Source: Malacoraja senta
Lineage: Eukaryota
Length of the DNA: 64,000 nt
Reading direction: 5' to 3'
Assembly: GCA_038087875.1 (NCBI GenBank)
Contig: JAXLNO010000087.1
Span: 124,001 to 188,000 of the forward strand
The notes under the pieces were generated by a model. That model was given only the letters and a program-made list of their open reading frames with translations. It did no database searches and was not told where the DNA came from. Numbering within the stretch: the first letter of the stretch is position 1; each line of letters opens with the position of its first letter. This document shows positions 61,741 through 64,000 of the stretch, piece after piece. The position numbers and the translations under genes are program-made.

Positions 61741-63056
61741 CAAGTCAAGTCAAGTGAGTTTATTGTCATGTGTCCCTGATACGACAATGAAATTCTTGCT
61801 TTGCTTCAGCACAGAACATAGTAGGCATTTACTACAAAACAGATCAGTGTGTCCATATACCATAATATAAATATATACACACATGAATAAATAAACTGAT
61901 CAAGTGCAGATAACAGATAATGGGTTATTAATAATCAGAGTTTTGTCCGAGCCAGGTTTAATAGCCTGATGGCTGTGGAGAAGTAGCTATTCCTGAACCT
62001 GGTTGTTGCTGTCTTCAGGCTCCTGTACCTTCTACCTGAAGGTAGCAGGGAGATGAGTGTGTGGCAAGGATGGTGTGGGTCTTTGATGATACTGCCAGCC
62101 TTTTTGAGGCAGCGACTGCGATAAATCCCCTCGATGGAAGGAAGGTCAGAGCCGATGATGGACTGGGCAGTGTTTACTACTTTTTGTAGTCTTTTCCTCT
62201 CCAGGGCGCTCAAGTTGCCGAACCAAGCCACGATGCAACCGGTCTGCATGCTCTCTACTGTGCACCTGTAGAAGTTAGAGAGAGTCCTCCTTAACACACC
62301 GACTCTCCATAGTCTTCTCAGGAAGTAGAGGCGCTGATGAGCTTTCTTGATAATTGCATTAGTGTTCTAGGACCAGGAAAGATCTTCAGAGATGTGCACC
62401 CCCAGGAATTTGAAGCTCTTGACCCTTTCAACCATCGACCCGTTGATATAAACGGGACTGTGGGTCCCCATCCTACTCCTTCCAAAGTCCACAATCAGTT
62501 CCTTGGTTTTGCTGGTGTTGAGGGCCAGGTTATTGTGCTGGCACCATATGGACAGTTGCTCGATCTCTCTTCTATACTCTGACTCATCCCCATCAGTGAT
62601 ACGTCCCACCACAGTGGTGTCATCAGCGAACTTGATGATGGAGTTCGCACTGTGACCGGCTGCGCAGTCATGAGTATAGAGTGAGTACAGCAGGGGGCTG
62701 AGCACGCAGCCTTGAGGTGCTCCCGTGCTAATTGTTATCGAGGCTGACACATTTCCACCAATACGAACAGACTGTGGTCTGTGAATGAGGATGTCGAGGA
62801 TCCAATTGCAGAGGGATGCGCAGAGACCCAGTTCTGCGAGTTTGGTAACCAGCTTGGAGGGGATGATTGTGTTAAATGCTGAGCTGTAATCGATGAATAA
62901 CAGCCTGACATATGAGTTTTTGTTGTCCAAGTGGTCCAGAGCGGAGTGGAGGGCCAGCGAGATCGCATCCACCGTTGATCTGTTGTGGCGGTAAGCGAAC
63001 TGCAGTGGGTCCAGGTTTTTGTCGAGGTAGGAGTTGATTTGCTCCATGATCAACCT
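61741..63056 (-). mobile_element. Rex1/Babar LINE RT and 3' end
   Basis: [49 protein letters not shown]; (ACTTG)n tail; shorter relative at ~29160-29532. Confidence 0.93.
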
Positions 63057-63058
63057 CC

Positions 63059-64000
63059 ATAGCCAACATACAGATCCTGAAAATGAATATGTTTAAAAAT
63101 AAACAAGATTCTGCTGAACAAAGAACATATCCATTGAATACTTTGTGATTGTCACTATGGAAAGTATTTTGGCCTTCATCTAATTAATCACTGTGAAGTA
63201 AAATGTACACACAGGAACTGCAGATGCTAGAATCCTGCATAGAACACAAAATGCTGCAGGAATTCAGTGGGTCAGGCAGTATCTCTGGAGGACATGGATA
63301 GGTGACATTTTGAAAAGAACCGTACCCAGAACGTCACCTATCCATGTCCTTCATAGATGCTGCCTGGACCGCTGAGTAACTCCAGCACTTTGTATTCTAG
63401 TCAAAGGCAAGACTAGCAGTTGGAAACAACAAGATATGTGAGGGGTTTTGACTCGGCACACATTACAAAAGCACAAGGATGCTGATGTGAATAGTGACAG
63501 CACACTTAACACCTACTGTTGCATAAGCAGTATTTTTACGGCACTCAAGCTACTGTACTGCTGCATCACTTCCATGGTGTCAGGTCATTTGGATTCCTTG
63601 AGAGAAGACTAATACACTCACCTGAAAATAGTCACACTGATGATCCCGTGGCAGGGAGCAAGTGTAGAATTGCCTCCCTTTATTGTCACCCTCTTTTCTG
63701 ACTACTCTCAGTTCACAGGGGCGACTGTGTTTTTTCAACGTGCCAATCTATACACCTTTCATTTCCCCATATTAAACAGCATCAGATCTTTCGTTAGGTT
63801 ATCCAGGTCAAAATGTTTTGATAACATATACCATCCCCAAAACAATGGTCAACTGACCCTGCATATACAAATTTGTATATATTATCCAATGTTATCCATT
63901 TAGTAGTTCTCCAATCTATCGTTGGCAACCTCTTGAGTTTAGGTTTATTATCAGCACATGTACTGAGGTACTGAAAAGCTTCCTCTCCACATCCACTCTA
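63059..64000 (-). pseudogene. NEIL3: Second NEIL3 fragment (intron 9, truncated exon 9, intron 8), duplicate of 11554-13055 with a 560-bp deletion
   Basis: Colinear with 11554-12230 and 12791-13055, about 9 substitutions in 942 nt by eye; the exon 9 acceptor and 5' third of the exon are deleted. Confidence 0.93.

Overview
Vertebrate genomic DNA, not microbial. The repeat families (CR1/HER1-type LINEs, V-SINE/HE1-like SINEs, Penelope ends) point to a cartilaginous fish, probably a skate or ray (inference). Two host-gene loci can be rebuilt exon by exon. (1) A NEIL3 DNA glycosylase copy on the minus strand (31713->12117) looks dead: a 4-nt insertion creates a stop at codon 7, exon 2 has a 2-nt frameshift, the catalytic Lys (human K81) reads Gln, and exons 5, 6 and 10 were not found. 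(2) An AGA (aspartylglucosaminidase) copy on the plus strand has exons 3-9 intact and in frame (41221-56645), but coding exons 1-2 were not found. A second, ~99% identical NEIL3 fragment with a 560-bp deletion starts at 63059. The window therefore looks like part of a recent, decaying tandem duplication of the AGA-NEIL3 block, or a falsely duplicated haplotype. The rest is mostly transposon debris: CR1, L2, Crack-like, Rex1/Babar, RTE, Penelope-like elements with minimal hammerhead-ribozyme cores and fold-back copies, a class I ERV 5' end, and MITEs. There is also a 1.8-kb 20-mer GC-rich satellite and a strongly GC-skewed CpG promoter. All identifications come from reading the sequence and from recalled human protein sequences and exon sizes; no searches were run.
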